DNA of 64,000 nt, taken from assembly GCA_947631965.1 (NCBI GenBank), contig CANRNL010000006.1, forward strand, positions 7,263 to 71,262, given 5' to 3'. Of the stretch, positions 40,905-52,700 are shown piece after piece (the stretch's first letter is position 1; every line of letters starts with the position of its first letter). Source of the stretch: an uncultured Clostridia bacterium. Its GTDB lineage: Bacteria > Bacillota > Clostridia > Monoglobales > Monoglobaceae. The notes beneath the pieces are model-generated. The model searched no databases and was not told the origin of the DNA. It worked only from the letters and a program-made list of their open reading frames with translations. Made by a program: the position numbers and the translations under genes.

Positions 40905-42143
40905 ATGAAATCTCTGAAAAAGCCCGAACTGCTTGCTCCCGCGGGGAATCTTGACAAGCTTAAAACCGCTGTGATATACGGCGCGGATGCGGTGTATGTG
41001 GGCGGGGAGGAATTTTCTCTGCGCGTTGCCGCCGATAATTTTTCGGCGGAGGATATGAGGCGCGGGGCGGAGTATGCTCACGAGCATGGAAAGAGGGTCT
41101 ATCTTGCCGCCAATATAATACCCCACAATTCGGATATAAACGAGTTCCCCGACTTTCTCTACGAAATGACCAAGGCGGGTATAGACGCGGTGATTTTGTC
41201 GGATTTGGGAATGTTTAAGATAGCGAAAGAGGTGTCGCCCGAACTGGATATTCATATCAGCACGCAGGCGAACATAGTTAATAAAAGAACAGCGCAGGCG
41301 TGGTACGATTTGGGCGCGAAGCGCGTTATAACGGCGCGGGAAATGTCTTTGTCGGAAATCGGAGAGATGCGCCGATATGTGTCCGACGAGCTTGAAATAG
41401 AGGCGTTTGTCCACGGCGCGATGTGCATTTCGTATTCGGGCAGATGTCTTTTGAGCAACTATATGGCAAACCGCGAGAGCAATCTCGGCGCGTGCGCCCA
41501 TCCGTGCAGATGGAAATACTATCTTATGGAAGAGCAGCGACCGGGCGAATATATGCCTGTGTTTGAAAACGAGCGCGGAACATTTATATACAACTCAAAG
41601 GATTTGTGTATGATTGAGCATATAGACAAGCTGATACGCGCGGGTGTGGACAGCTTTAAGATAGAGGGCAGAGTAAAGTCGGAATACTATGTCGCGGCGG
41701 TCGTTAAGGCGTACCGCGAGGCTATTGACAGATGTATGGAAAATCCGGATGCGTTCCGAGCCGACCCCGAATGGCTTGAAGAACTGGAAAAGGTCAGCCA
41801 CAGAGGTTACACCACCGGCTTTTATCTCGACCGTCCTTCCGAAACCGAGCAGAATTACAAGAGCAGCTCGTATATTCGGGAGTATGACCTTGTGGGAATT
41901 GTAAAGGCATACGACGAAAAGAGCGGAATTGCGGATGTTTTGCAGAAAAACAGGTTTTTCAGAGGCGAAGCGATAGAGTTTGTGCGCCCCGTGGGTAAAT
42001 TTTTCGAGCAGAAGATAGATTATCTGACCGACAGCAACGGAATTGACATAGATGTTGCGAACAAGCCGCAGAGTATTGTTAAAATAAAAACCCGCGAGCC
42101 GCTCGAAGAAGGAAGTATGCTCCGCCGCCGCGTCTCGAAATAA
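40905..42143 (+). CDS. peptidase U32 family protein
   Basis: PELLAPAGNLDKLKTAVIYGADAVYVGGEEFSLR...AFVHGAMCISYSGRCLLSNY is the conserved U32 signature region. Confidence 0.92.
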   Translation: MKSLKKPELLAPAGNLDKLKTAVIYGADAVYVGGEEFSLRVAADNFSAEDMRRGAEYAHEHGKRVYLAANIIPHNSDINEFPDFLYEMTKAGIDAVILSDLGMFKIAKEVSPELDIHISTQANIVNKRTAQAWYDLGAKRVITAREMSLSEIGEMRRYVSDELEIEAFVHGAMCISYSGRCLLSNYMANRESNLGACAHPCRWKYYLMEEQRPGEYMPVFENERGTFIYNSKDLCMIEHIDKLIRAGVDSFKIEGRVKSEYYVAAVVKAYREAIDRCMENPDAFRADPEWLEELEKVSHRGYTTGFYLDRPSETEQNYKSSSYIREYDLVGIVKAYDEKSGIADVLQKNRFFRGEAIEFVRPVGKFFEQKIDYLTDSNGIDIDVANKPQSIVKIKTREPLEEGSMLRRRVSK

Positions 42144-42184
42144 GATGTATATATAAATATGTAATAATGCAAATTTTTCCAAAA

Positions 42185-42216
42185 ACGGCAAAGCGTCCAC
42201 CGCTTCGCCGTTTTTT
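42185..42216 (+). terminator. rho-independent terminator
   Basis: ACGGCAAAGCG-tccac-CGCTTCGCCGT (one mismatch) followed by TTTTTT. Confidence 0.75.
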
Positions 42217-42259
42217 ACCCTTTCGGGTCAGAATGAAACAGACATTGAATGTTTATATA

Positions 42260-42288
42260 TTGACTTTTTTGGAAAATGGTGATAGAAT
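42260..42288 (+). promoter_or_regulatory. promoter (TTGACT - 17 bp - TGaTAGAAT) with a roughly 95-nt leader ahead of the SLH gene
   Basis: Hexamers at 42260..42265 and 42283..42288. RBS GGAGG before ATG 42385. Confidence 0.6.
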
Positions 42289-42384
42289 AATAATGTATTG
42301 TATCGGGGCGGCAGGACAAACCCCGAATCAGCTTTGTTAAATTCAGGAAAATATTAAAATTTTAAATTTACGGAGGTACAGAAA

Positions 42385-45225
42385 ATGAAAGGCATTAAAA
42401 AAGTTTTGAGCGTTGTTCTCGCAGTCGCTCTGCTTATGACAAGCCTTGTTGTAACCGCTTCGGCAAGCGCGTTCCCCGACGTTGACGACAACGCGAGTTA
42501 CGCAAACGCGGTTTCGGTCCTCAGCAAGCTCGGAATCATAAAGGGCTACGCGGAGGACGGCACGTTTAAGCCCGAGAACGACGTTACTCGTGCTGAATTT
42601 ACTGCGATGCTTATGAGAGTACTCAATGTTGCGCAGGACGACACAACCGTTTGGGCGGATTCACCGTTCTATGATTTGTCGGACGCGACATGGGCTATCG
42701 GAAATATCCGCACGGCTTACGGTATGGGTATTATCAACGGCTACGGAGACGGTACATTCAGACCGAACGACAATGTTAAGTATGAGGAAGCATTAAAGAT
42801 GATTGTCTGCGCCCTCGGTTACGGTCAGTATGTCAGCAACGACGGCGCTTCATGGTACACCGGATATTATACTCAGGCAATGACGCTCGGAATTACGAAC
42901 AACGTGAACGGTACGCTGGAAACCAACGCAACGCGTTCCTGCATAGCTCAGCTCATATTCAACTCTCTTGAGGTTGATATAATAGAGAACAACACCGTTT
43001 CGGGCAAGACGCTTTTGGACTATCTCGGTCTTATAAAGAACACGGGCAGAATTTCGGCGAACAACGACACAAGCATTAATTCGCCCGATGTTAACCTTGC
43101 GGCAAATCAAGTTGAGATTTACGCCAAGGATGAGGGTTCCTCGGAGTATACCACAAACGTATATACGACAGACGATACCAGCATAAAGAATTTGCTCGGA
43201 TATCAGGTAACTTTCTACTACAGGTTAAACCGCGGAACAAACGAGAGAGAGCTTATTCTCGCCGAGACGAGGTCGCCCAAGGAACTCACCATAGATGCTA
43301 ATCTTCTTGAGATTAACGACTCGACCAATACCTCGATTAGATATTATCAGGATTTGAACGCCGAAAGGACGTCGTCCGTTTCGCTTTCAAACGACAATAT
43401 AGTAATTTACAACGGTAAGCTCTACGGTGCGAACGCCGAGGCAAGCCGATTTACAAAGGATATGCTTCCCAAAATCGGAAGTGTAAGGCTTGTTGACTCC
43501 GGTTCGAGCGGTTCATACAATATGGTATTCATAGAGAGCTATATTCCCTATTATGTATCCTCCATATCGGCTTCGACCAAATCGATTACCGATACCCTCA
43601 CAAGACCCGCTACTTTTAAAGAAAAGACGGTGGAGCTTGACGAGGATTCGTCGGATTACACACTCTCTATCGTTGACGCGGACGGAAAAGCAATGAGCTT
43701 CAGCTCTATCTCAAGGGGCGATGTTGTAAACGTCAAGGAAAGCAGAAACGATAACGGCGGCACGGTTCTCAAGACCGCGGTCGTTACCGACGAAAAAGCG
43801 TCGGGCTCGGTTACTTCGATAAGCAAGGACGTTATTGTTGTGGGAGGAAAGGCTTATGATTGCTCGCCGTACGCTCCTTGGGAGATGTACGATTCGGCAA
43901 CGGCTACTCTTGCGGCTCCGTCGGTCGGCGACAACGCCACTTATTCGCTTGATATAAACGGAAACATTTTTGCATATGAAAAGACCGCGACAAGCAGCAA
44001 CGTATCTTACGGATACATTATGGCGGTCGGCACGGGAATGGTTGACAATGTGGACACGCTCCGCATTTATATGCTCACCATGTCGAGCAAAAAAGAGGAG
44101 ATGGACGTTTACACGACTTTGAAGCTCAACGGCAAGTCGTATAAGCCGGCGTCTCAGATGAACGAAATCCTCGACGCGCTTGCGCTTTCGGCAGCCGACC
44201 AGAATCAGGATGTCGGCGCTTCGGGTGCGCAGTACACCCAGCTCGTTAAATATGAAACGCGTTCCGACGGCAAGATAAGCAGTATTGTTACCGCGAATTT
44301 GGTATCTCAGCCCACGAATATAACTACCGATTCGCTTTCGCTCTATGATGGAATCGGCGGCGTTTCGATGTCCTGCAACTCGAATAAGCAGCTTTCGGGC
44401 AACGGCATCACGATAAGCACGAGTAGCGCGGCGGTATTCGTTGTTCCGACGAACAGACAGGATTTTGATTCTTATAAAAAGTCGTCCTCGACAGAGTTCA
44501 AAAGCGGTAACTCTTATGCAATTGATGCGTATGACCTTTCTTCGAGCAGAAGCGCGGCGGCAATCGTTCTTTACGGCAAGGATGCTTCAGAGGCGGTTGA
44601 TACCGAAACGCCCGTATATCAGATTTCCGAGGTTTACTCGACGTCTGTTGACGGCGAGACCAGAATGAAAGTAAGAGGAACGATGTTCAGGTCAGGTTAC
44701 TCATCCGGCACGACAGACTTTGATGAGATTGTTTCAACAAGGTCTGAAAGTTTGGTAGAAGACCTTTCGGAAGGCGACCTTGTGAGATTCGGCAGCGATA
44801 CCGAAGGTTATCTCTCGCTTGAAAGTGAGGATATACTTTGGACAAACGGTCAGGACGGATATATTACGGTGGAGGACTCCAATCCGGCAGTAGACCCGTA
44901 TTCGTCCGAGTTTGTCGCGATATACGGCAGCGTTCTCTATGCCGACAGCGGAGACGATATAGTTCTTACCAAAGAGCTTATTAACGGAAGCTACTCCGGC
45001 GACAAGGAATACACGATTGCAAGAAACGATTTCTCCTCTGCAAAAGCGTTTATCTACAGATTGGATAATAACGGCAGAGTTTCGGAAATAATTGAAGAAG
45101 GCAGTGACTTCCTTGACCTGCTTTCGCCTTACGGCAACGCGGAGAACTTCGACCCGAGCAAGGTCTTTGTATATATGTCGAAGGGCAGAGTTAAGGCAGT
45201 CGTGATATTTGAATATGAATATTGA
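42385..45225 (+). CDS. S-layer-like surface protein: signal peptide, three N-terminal SLH repeats, roughly 750-aa unknown region
   Basis: Signal peptide ending TASASA; FPDVDDNASYANAVSVLSKLGIIKGY..VTRAEFTAML and two further SLH repeats. Paralog of 2636..5641 and 53049..55991. Confidence 0.9.
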   Translation: MKGIKKVLSVVLAVALLMTSLVVTASASAFPDVDDNASYANAVSVLSKLGIIKGYAEDGTFKPENDVTRAEFTAMLMRVLNVAQDDTTVWADSPFYDLSDATWAIGNIRTAYGMGIINGYGDGTFRPNDNVKYEEALKMIVCALGYGQYVSNDGASWYTGYYTQAMTLGITNNVNGTLETNATRSCIAQLIFNSLEVDIIENNTVSGKTLLDYLGLIKNTGRISANNDTSINSPDVNLAANQVEIYAKDEGSSEYTTNVYTTDDTSIKNLLGYQVTFYYRLNRGTNERELILAETRSPKELTIDANLLEINDSTNTSIRYYQDLNAERTSSVSLSNDNIVIYNGKLYGANAEASRFTKDMLPKIGSVRLVDSGSSGSYNMVFIESYIPYYVSSISASTKSITDTLTRPATFKEKTVELDEDSSDYTLSIVDADGKAMSFSSISRGDVVNVKESRNDNGGTVLKTAVVTDEKASGSVTSISKDVIVVGGKAYDCSPYAPWEMYDSATATLAAPSVGDNATYSLDINGNIFAYEKTATSSNVSYGYIMAVGTGMVDNVDTLRIYMLTMSSKKEEMDVYTTLKLNGKSYKPASQMNEILDALALSAADQNQDVGASGAQYTQLVKYETRSDGKISSIVTANLVSQPTNITTDSLSLYDGIGGVSMSCNSNKQLSGNGITISTSSAAVFVVPTNRQDFDSYKKSSSTEFKSGNSYAIDAYDLSSSRSAAAIVLYGKDASEAVDTETPVYQISEVYSTSVDGETRMKVRGTMFRSGYSSGTTDFDEIVSTRSESLVEDLSEGDLVRFGSDTEGYLSLESEDILWTNGQDGYITVEDSNPAVDPYSSEFVAIYGSVLYADSGDDIVLTKELINGSYSGDKEYTIARNDFSSAKAFIYRLDNNGRVSEIIEEGSDFLDLLSPYGNAENFDPSKVFVYMSKGRVKAVVIFEYEY

Positions 45226-45279
45226 TTTCCTATAAGTAAGATAAGTAAGGAAATTAACGATTGATAACGGTTATAATTC

Positions 45280-45319
45280 GGCAACGGCATAGCTTCGGCT
45301 ATGCCGTTGCCTTGTTTGT
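45280..45319 (+). terminator. rho-independent terminator
   Basis: GGCAACGGCATAGC-ttcg-GCTATGCCGTTGCC followed by TTGTTTGT. Confidence 0.8.
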
Positions 45320-45363
45320 ACGGCTGCCGAATGTGCGGTTTTAATAATTTTTGAAATTTACTA

Positions 45364-45392
45364 TTGCAAAGGAGAAAAATTTGTGGTAAAAT
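45364..45392 (+). promoter_or_regulatory. promoter of tRNA-Leu(CAA) (TTGCAA - 17 bp - TGgTAAAAT)
   Basis: Hexamers at 45364..45369 and 45387..45392, about 19 nt before the tRNA. Confidence 0.65.
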
Positions 45393-45411
45393 AACCAAGT
45401 ATTTGAAATAT

Positions 45412-45498
45412 GCCGCTGTGATGGAATTGGCAGACGTAGCGGACTCAAAATCCGCCGGTAGCGATACCGTGCCGGTTCGACTCCGGCCAGCGGCACCA
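45412..45498 (+). tRNA. tRNA-Leu (anticodon CAA), type II, encoded CCA
   Basis: Acceptor GCCGCTG/CAGCGGC; anticodon stem GCGGA/TCCGC with loop CTCAAAA; long variable arm CGGTAGCGATACCGT; T arm GCCGG-TTCGACT-CCGGC; 3' ACCA. Confidence 0.9.
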
Positions 45499-45910
45499 GC
45501 GAAACGGCAAGCCTTTTGTGCTTGCCGTTTTTTCTTTTGAAAAAACGGGCGCGCTTGCAGGCTGCCGTTTCGCTTTCCCGAAAAGCGCAAGTCGCTTTTC
45601 GGGAGATTGCGCGGCTTCGCCGCGGTTATTTCTATTTTTGCAAAGTTCGCTTTGCTCCGACGAATTTTTTTGCAAAAAATCCGTCTTTCGCCCGCTTCCT
45701 TGCTCCTTCGAATGAACACTTAATGAGCAAGTTTTATATGCTTGCGAATTTAGTGTGAATTGTGCCCCGTTGGGTACTTTTTCCCAAAAAGTCTTTAGGA
45801 CTTTTTGGGAGCCCTATGGGAGCGGCTTTTAACGCCGTTTTCGGCGCGCTTGCAGGCTGCCGTTTCGCTTTCTTTTCTTGCTATCAAGAAAAGAATATAT
45901 CCCCGCTCAT
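45499..45910. repeat. modular hairpin-rich non-coding repeat tract (locus B, unique-order part)
   Basis: Contains the same modules as 14486..14790 in a partly different order. See the findings for the alignment landmarks. Confidence 0.85.
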
Positions 45911-46376
45911 GCGGAGCGTGGGCATTGCGGGCGAACAAGGTTCGCTCCCTACATCGTCGCGACACGCCCTTTTTGCTTGCTTTGCCCTATTCGGGCAAAG
46001 TCGCGCTTTTGAGCGGTCGCTCCTCTCCGACAAAAATCTGTGGATTTTTGTCGGTTAAAATAAATAAATTGTCCCCATTTGGTTGTACGGGACGGCGCCC
46101 TCGACGTCCCGTGCCCGCGCGGAGCGCGGGCATTGCGGGCGAACAAGGTTCGCACCCTACATCGTCGCGACACGCCCTTTTTGCTTGCTTTGCCCTATTC
46201 GGGCAAAGTCGCGCTTTTGGGCGGTCGCTCCTCTCCGACAAAAATCTGTGGATTTTTGTCGGTTAAAATAAATAAATTGTCCCCATTTGGTTGTACGGGA
46301 CGGCGCCCTCGACGTCCCGTGCCCGCGCGGAGCGTGGGCATTGCGGGCGAACAAGGTTCGCCCCTACATTGTCGCA
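45911..46376. repeat. tandem repeat, 208-bp unit, about 2.2 copies
   Basis: GGCATTGCGGGCGAACAAGGTTCGC starts at 45921, 46129 and 46337, an exact 208-bp period. By eye, units 1 and 2 differ at about three positions. Each unit holds at least five hairpins. Confidence 0.95.
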
Positions 46377-46611
46377 ACTCACGCTTTTCGAGAGTTATTA
46401 TACGACTTTTGGCGGTGCGCTTGCGGATTTGCTTTGCGGATTTCGGCGGCATATCAAGCCCCGACGCGGGGACTGATTTTTTAAAAAATATTTTTTCTGT
46501 ACAGCTTGCACAAAAATTATTCCTAAATTTATAAAAACTTCAAAATTTTTGTATAGAATCACTAAAAATCGCTCAAATTGAAAAATATTTTTTTAAGGCT
46601 TTTTTTACTTA

Positions 46612-46640
46612 TTGACAAATGGATATTTTAATTATATAAT
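46612..46640 (+). promoter_or_regulatory. promoter (TTGACA - 17 bp - TATAAT) with a roughly 90-nt leader for the giant SLH-lyase operon
   Basis: Consensus hexamers at 46612..46617 and 46635..46640. RBS AGGAGG before ATG 46739. Confidence 0.65.
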
Positions 46641-46738
46641 TGTATATGTATGAAAATAGGTGTTGTATGTATTCGACTATATACAACGTCTGTATTTGTT
46701 TTGTAAAATTATATAAATTTATAATAGGAGGTTACATA

Positions 46739-49700
46739 ATGAAAGGGAAAATGAGCAGAAGTTTATTTTCACTGATACTCGCTGTTTGCTTTATGCTTCA
46801 GGGCGTTTATGTTACGGCGTTTGCCGATGACGCGCTCTCTGCCGAGGAACAGCAGGATGAGCAGGAAGTCTCATTCGCTGTCGATTCAAACGGTGAGTAT
46901 GTTGAACTTGGCGACGATTTCGACTATGATGCCGAAACGCAGGGAGGTTTTGAAGAGGTCGACAGCGAGGCGTTCTTTGATTACAGCGGCGATGTAAGTC
47001 TCTTCGACGCCGATACCACCAAGGGTACGCTGGTAGCGTCCGCCAACTTTCAAAATTCGGCGGTAGGAGATACGGCGGTTGACGGTTGGCTTTTTAACTG
47101 CGTTCCGGAAGAAGGAGGAAACGCGAGTACCATTCAGGTAATCAGCGACACCGAAAACGGTGGCAACGTACTTGAACTGTCAAAGAAAGCCAACGGGGTT
47201 AAAAACGGTGATTATGCTGCCGGAGACGAGCGTGTATCGGCGGAATTTCCGATTGAGGGCGTTTCGGGTAAGATTGTCATTGTTGCGGAAGTGAAGATGA
47301 CCCAGACCGGTCGTCTCGGTATGTACACGTTCTCGTCTATTGACGAAACGACCGGAGTGCCGGCATATGGCGGACGTTTTTATTCGTGGGATACAGCTGC
47401 CGAAAAAGCTGACCCCACTAAAACAGAGCCGCTCAGATATACCGCTTATGATAGCAAAAGCACCCCAAATAAGGTTGAGAGTACCACCAGCCCCAAGAGT
47501 AAGGACTCTTCGGCGAAAATGACCAAGAACAAGTGGTACACTTGGCTGTTTGATATGGATTATGACAACGGCACTTATGATGTTTATATAGACGGAGAAT
47601 GTTTGTTTGAGGGACTTGGAATTACCGGCTCTCAAAACGGCTTCGGCGGTGTGGGCTTTGAAATTCAGAACGATATAAAGTCACTCGGAACCATGCTTGT
47701 AGGCTCTTTTGCCGTTTACGATATGAACGAGGCGGCTCAGAACGATGAGAATGCAAACGCGGATGCTGCGGCTTTGCAGCTCGGTATTGACGCAAACATG
47801 GTTACCGAAAGCTTTACTGTTCCCACAAGCGGACAGTACAACAACTCGACGATTACATGGGAGTCGTCTAACACGGCGGTTGCTTCTATAGTTCCGCGAG
47901 ATGATAAAACGGCTCTTGTTACGATTACCAGACCCGAATACAGCGGCGCCGGAAAAGTCAATGTAACGCTTACGGCAAACGTTGCGAGCGGCAAATCGGT
48001 CGTTCAAAAACATTTTACCATTACGGTTTACGAAAAGGAACCCGAAAATGATGGAGATAGGGTTCAGGTTGACGTGGACAGTCTTTCGCTTCCTCCTTCG
48101 GTGCAGGGTAATATTACCGAAGGCTTTACGGTTGACACGAAAGGCGCTGTTTGCGGCTCCGAGATTACCTGGGAATCGTCAAATCCGTCTGTCGTTTCGG
48201 TAGACAACGCTACCGGCAATGTTACGGTTACACGTCCGCCGTTTGACGGCAACGGCACGACTGTGGTCACTCTTACCGCTACCGTAAAGAGCGGCAGTGC
48301 AAGAGTTACCAAGACGTTTACGGTTACGGTTGTTCAGCTTGACCCCGCCAACGACACCGAAAAGGCACAGTATGCGGCGAGAATGTTGTTTATCGGCGGT
48401 ATCGATGAGGACAACATCAAACTTGAGAGCTTCTATCTTGCGGACACCGGACTTTATGATTCGTCAATTTCATGGGTATCCTCAAATGAGAAATACATTG
48501 AAATAGATAACAATTATGAGGAAGACCCGGAAACCGGAAATCAAACTCAGGTTGATGGCTACAGAGCGAAGGTTACCCGTCCTGCGGTAGGACAGGCGCC
48601 TGTTTCGGTTACTCTTACGGCTACAGTAAATGTAAACGGGGAGATTTCAACAAAGGATTTTGTACTTATGGTACAGCCGGAAGACCAGCTTAAAGCATTC
48701 CCCGGTGTTGAGGGTTACGGTGCATACTCAACAGGCGGCAGAGGCGGCAGAGTTTACCATGTTACCAACCTTAACGCAACGGGCGAAGGAAGTCTTACTT
48801 ATGGTATTGAGGAGCTTAAAGGTCCCAGAACGATAGTATTTGATGTTGCGGGCGTTATAGATATGACGAAGCGCGGCGCAGGAATCAAGTTCAAGGGTGA
48901 GCAGGGCTCCAATGTAACGGTTGCGGGTCAGACCGCTCCGTTCCCCGGAATAGAGCTTAAAGGCTACGGCGTTACTTTCTCGAACGTACATGATGTAGTA
49001 TTCAGAAATATAAGAATTCGTATAGGCGACACCAAGCCGGATAATGACGTTTATCAGGAAGACCCGATGAGCATAGGAAACTGCCGTGACTTGGTAGTTG
49101 ACCATTGCACGATGCAGTGGGCGATAGATATGTGCTTCCGTGCAACGGGTTCGGACGTTACTTTGTCGAACATAATATTCGGCAAGTCGCTTCTTGAAAA
49201 CTCGCCTCACGAAAAAGGCGGTCACGCTTACGTCGGAATGATAAACGAGGGCGCGAGCAAGATTTCGTTCATTAAGAACTTCGTCGGAGACAGTACACAG
49301 CGTTCGCCGCGTATTACCGACGCCGACTGGATTGACGCATACAACAACGTCCTCTTTAACTCCGGTAACGGCTTCGATATTTACAACTACGAGTGGCAGG
49401 ACAAGAACTCGAAGATGAACGTATATAATAACTACGCGAGAAAGGGTCCGAACGTATTGAACGGTACACCGTACCGTGCGGGCCGCGGACGAAACTACTC
49501 CGGCGGCGCGATGGTTTACTTCGTTGAAAACTATGGTCAGGGCTCGAATGACACTCTCCAGCAGACCGCTACAAACGAGAACACTTCTTTTGCTAAGGTA
49601 CTGTATTTCGGTCAGGAAAATACGAGCGCGGGTGCAGCGTATGACCTTTCAAACGTAACGCTTGATGAGTGGAACAACAACCCGCTCTCATATGACAACA

Positions 49701-52700
49701 ACAACAAGAGTCAAAGCGCGGCAACTCTTACTTATATGAATTATCCGTTCCCCGCGCCGCGCGGCTATGTTCTGCCCGGCGACAAGGACAGCCTTATGAG
49801 CTACGTTAAGAACGACCGCGGCGACGGTCGTACGATGGGCGCGACCAAGCCTACGCGTGACTTATACGACCAGATGATAATTCAGGAAGCTCGCTCGGCA
49901 AGCTCCAAGGCAAGCTTGGACGAGTCGGTTACAAGCGCATACTTCCAAAAGTTAGAGGACAGAACGGGTCTGGATTACAGTAATTTCAAGACCGCAAGAA
50001 ACTGGACGGTAAGACAGGGCGAAGGTCCCGTTAAGACCGGAGCGACGTCGAAGTATACAGAACCGGTTTACTGGGATAATTATCTCGACGTTAATACAAA
50101 GACCAACTCTGCGGCCAAGAGCACATACACATATACAACCGATTTTGAAATAGGCACAAGCTGGTGGGGTGAGTTTACCGGCTATCCCGGAATGGATACG
50201 GTTTACTCGTTCAGCGACGGAACCCGTCTTGTGGAATATTCGGAGAGTCAGCTTGCGGCGATGGCTGAAGCAGCGTATGAAGCGGCTGTTCCCGAGGCTG
50301 AGAGAAACGACGAAGTGAGAGCGGCGTACATTGCCGAGTATTGGCAGAACTTCAACAAAACATTCGGTACGCACATCAGTGATGACGGCGCTATCTCGAC
50401 GACCGACAGCGGACTTAAGGGAATAGACACATCATATGTTACGGTTTACAGAACCATTACCGACCTCTATCCCGAAAGCTACTACGATAAATTCAGAGAA
50501 GATTATCCCGCTGAAGCGGCTGCTATGGATAACTACCGTATCCGCAACTACCCGAAGGCTCCGAGAACGCTGGAAGAAGGTCGCTTGGAAAATAGCAGTA
50601 AACTGCCTCTGAACTATCAGATAGTTTGGGATTCAATGGGCGACGGTATTCCGGACTGGTACAAGGAGTTCAAGGGCTGGCCGACAAATCAGGCTCTTAA
50701 TAGGATGATAGACCCCGAAACGGGTTACACCTATCTTGAGATTTACCTCGCATTTGCGGCAGGCGACAAAGAGCTTGAAACAGACGATACTCCGGCTTCT
50801 ATTGAGAACTTTAAGTACAATAAGCTCGGTTATTCGACGGTACAGCTCTTCTGGAACACCGATTACAGAACATCGTGCGTTATAGAGTACGGTACCGAGC
50901 CGGGTAACTACACCCATTCGATACCGCTCGAATATACCGATGCGACAGACTATTATCATACCTATCACGCAATTACTCTCAGCGAGCTTGAACCGGACAC
51001 CACCTATTATTATAAGGTAACTGCGGTTGACGAGCTGAGTAACGTGACTGTTGCGGAGTATGACCCAAGTGATGATACGGAAAAGGCGATGACCTTTAAG
51101 ACCACGATAGCTCCCGAAGGCGCGGAGGGCATGGTTCCTTCAAAACCTGCCATTACAAGTACGGTTCCTTACCTCAACCAGGTAAGACTTAACTGGGAGG
51201 GCGACGTTGCGACCGATACGGGTTATGAAATATACTATGATACAAAGAGCCATAACGGTATTATCGGAGATTATGCAAACTCGATAACCGGTCTTTCGGC
51301 TCAGACCTATAAACAGATTGTAACCGGTCTTGAAAACTACACGCCGTACTACTTTGTGGTAGTTGCAACGAATGCAAACGGCAAGACGGCTTCGGATGAA
51401 GTTGAGGTTACGCCTACCGGAACACTCTTCAGCTACGATTTCGATAAGATGACCCCCGAAGAGAGGGCTGCGTTTGAAAAGAGCCAGTATATGTATGTAC
51501 TCGGCGGCTCGATGTCGATAAAACCCGATCCCGATACCGGCAAGTATGTTCTTGAAATGCTGGACGATACGAACAGCCACGGCGTTAACACCAAGTGGAG
51601 CTTCCCGGTTACTCAGACCGATAAGTTTACAACGACGGTTAAGTTCAAGATTATGTGGCAGAAGCAGACCGATAACCTCAACTATCAGAATGGTATTGAC
51701 GAGGTTGCAACTAACTTGAAGAATACGTTCCAGTTCAACTTCTATATGGATTCGAACGTGAATGAGGACCTTGATTCGTCGGATGCAGGTCTTTGGGACA
51801 GTGCTTTCAACGTATACTTTGAGGGAACTTCCACTCCGTTGAGCATTGATTCCGCCGGACGAAGAAACGGTACTACCGACACCGGAAGAATAACATTCTC
51901 CAACCACGAAATCGGAACATACACGCCGGGCAGAACCATCAAGGGTACCGAAGGCGGAATTCTGCCGACCGGAAAGAGCTATCCGAGAACTACGGCTTAC
52001 GGCGACGGTGTTTACAGCGCCAAGCCGGACAATAGCGACAAGACGTTGCAGGGCGTTTGGTACTATGAACCGAACTCTTCACAATATATGACCCTCAAGG
52101 TCGTAACCGACATCGAACAGAACAACGTAAGAGTTTTCCTCGACGATAAGCTGCTCTATGCACAGGGCGAGTTCAACGAAGACCTTGAAGAGCCTTACAA
52201 TATCGGACGTTTTGAGATTAAATCGCGTAACGACGGATATTCGTGGGTAGATGTTGCAAGCGTTTCAATTGTCGGCGGCGAAGACAGCGATTCCGATAAC
52301 ACGGGTGGCAATAAGATTCCGCCTGTTATTGTTCCTGCTGATAAGGGCGGCGGCACCGGCGGCGGCAGTGCTGTCGGCAGCGGAACGGTTGCTACTCCGA
52401 GTCAGTCAAGCGAACCGAGTCAGTCAAGCGAACCAAGCACATCGGCTGACCCGAACGCATCTAATGCTCCGACCACAGCTCCCGATGTAAATTCGGCTGA
52501 CGACTTCACCGACCTCGACGGTTCCGAATGGGCAAAAGAGGCTATTGACGCACTTGTTAAGGACGGAATAGTACAGGGAACCGGCGACGGCAAGTTTGAG
52601 CCGAACCGCGAGGTTACCCGCGCCGAGTATATCTCGATGCTTATGCGTACAGTTCCCGACATGGAAGTAGATACATCAAGCGTAAGCGGCTTCAGCGATG

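Noticed and set aside
14327-45498. The 31-kb segment bounded by two tRNA-Leu genes as a possible integrated genomic island.
   Set aside because: There is no integrase, recombinase or phage/plasmid gene, and no duplicated tRNA 3' end serving as an att site. The two tRNAs are different isoacceptors. The interval also contains core genes (murJ, U32 peptidase, amidase).
45911-46376. Possible CRISPR array, given its regular repeats.
   Set aside because: The whole 208-bp unit repeats, so there are no unique spacers. The unit is far longer than a CRISPR repeat-spacer period, and no cas genes are present.
45516-46534. About a dozen overlapping 60-153-aa ORFs on both strands in the tRNA-Leu(CAA) downstream tract, and similar ones at 14370..14852.
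   Set aside because: They occur in every frame, lack RBSs, repeat because the DNA repeats, and coincide with hairpin modules. They are interpreted as non-coding repeat sequence.
46640-46738. Upstream-extended starts given by the ORF track for the three big operon genes (46640, 53028, 56038), and similarly for 9877..10518, 25146..28394, 29935..30582 and 60762..61661.
   Set aside because: In each case an internal ATG or TTG is preceded at 5-10 nt by a GGAGG-type RBS and followed by a canonical signal peptide or conserved N-terminus. The extensions encode implausible residues or overlap the upstream gene.
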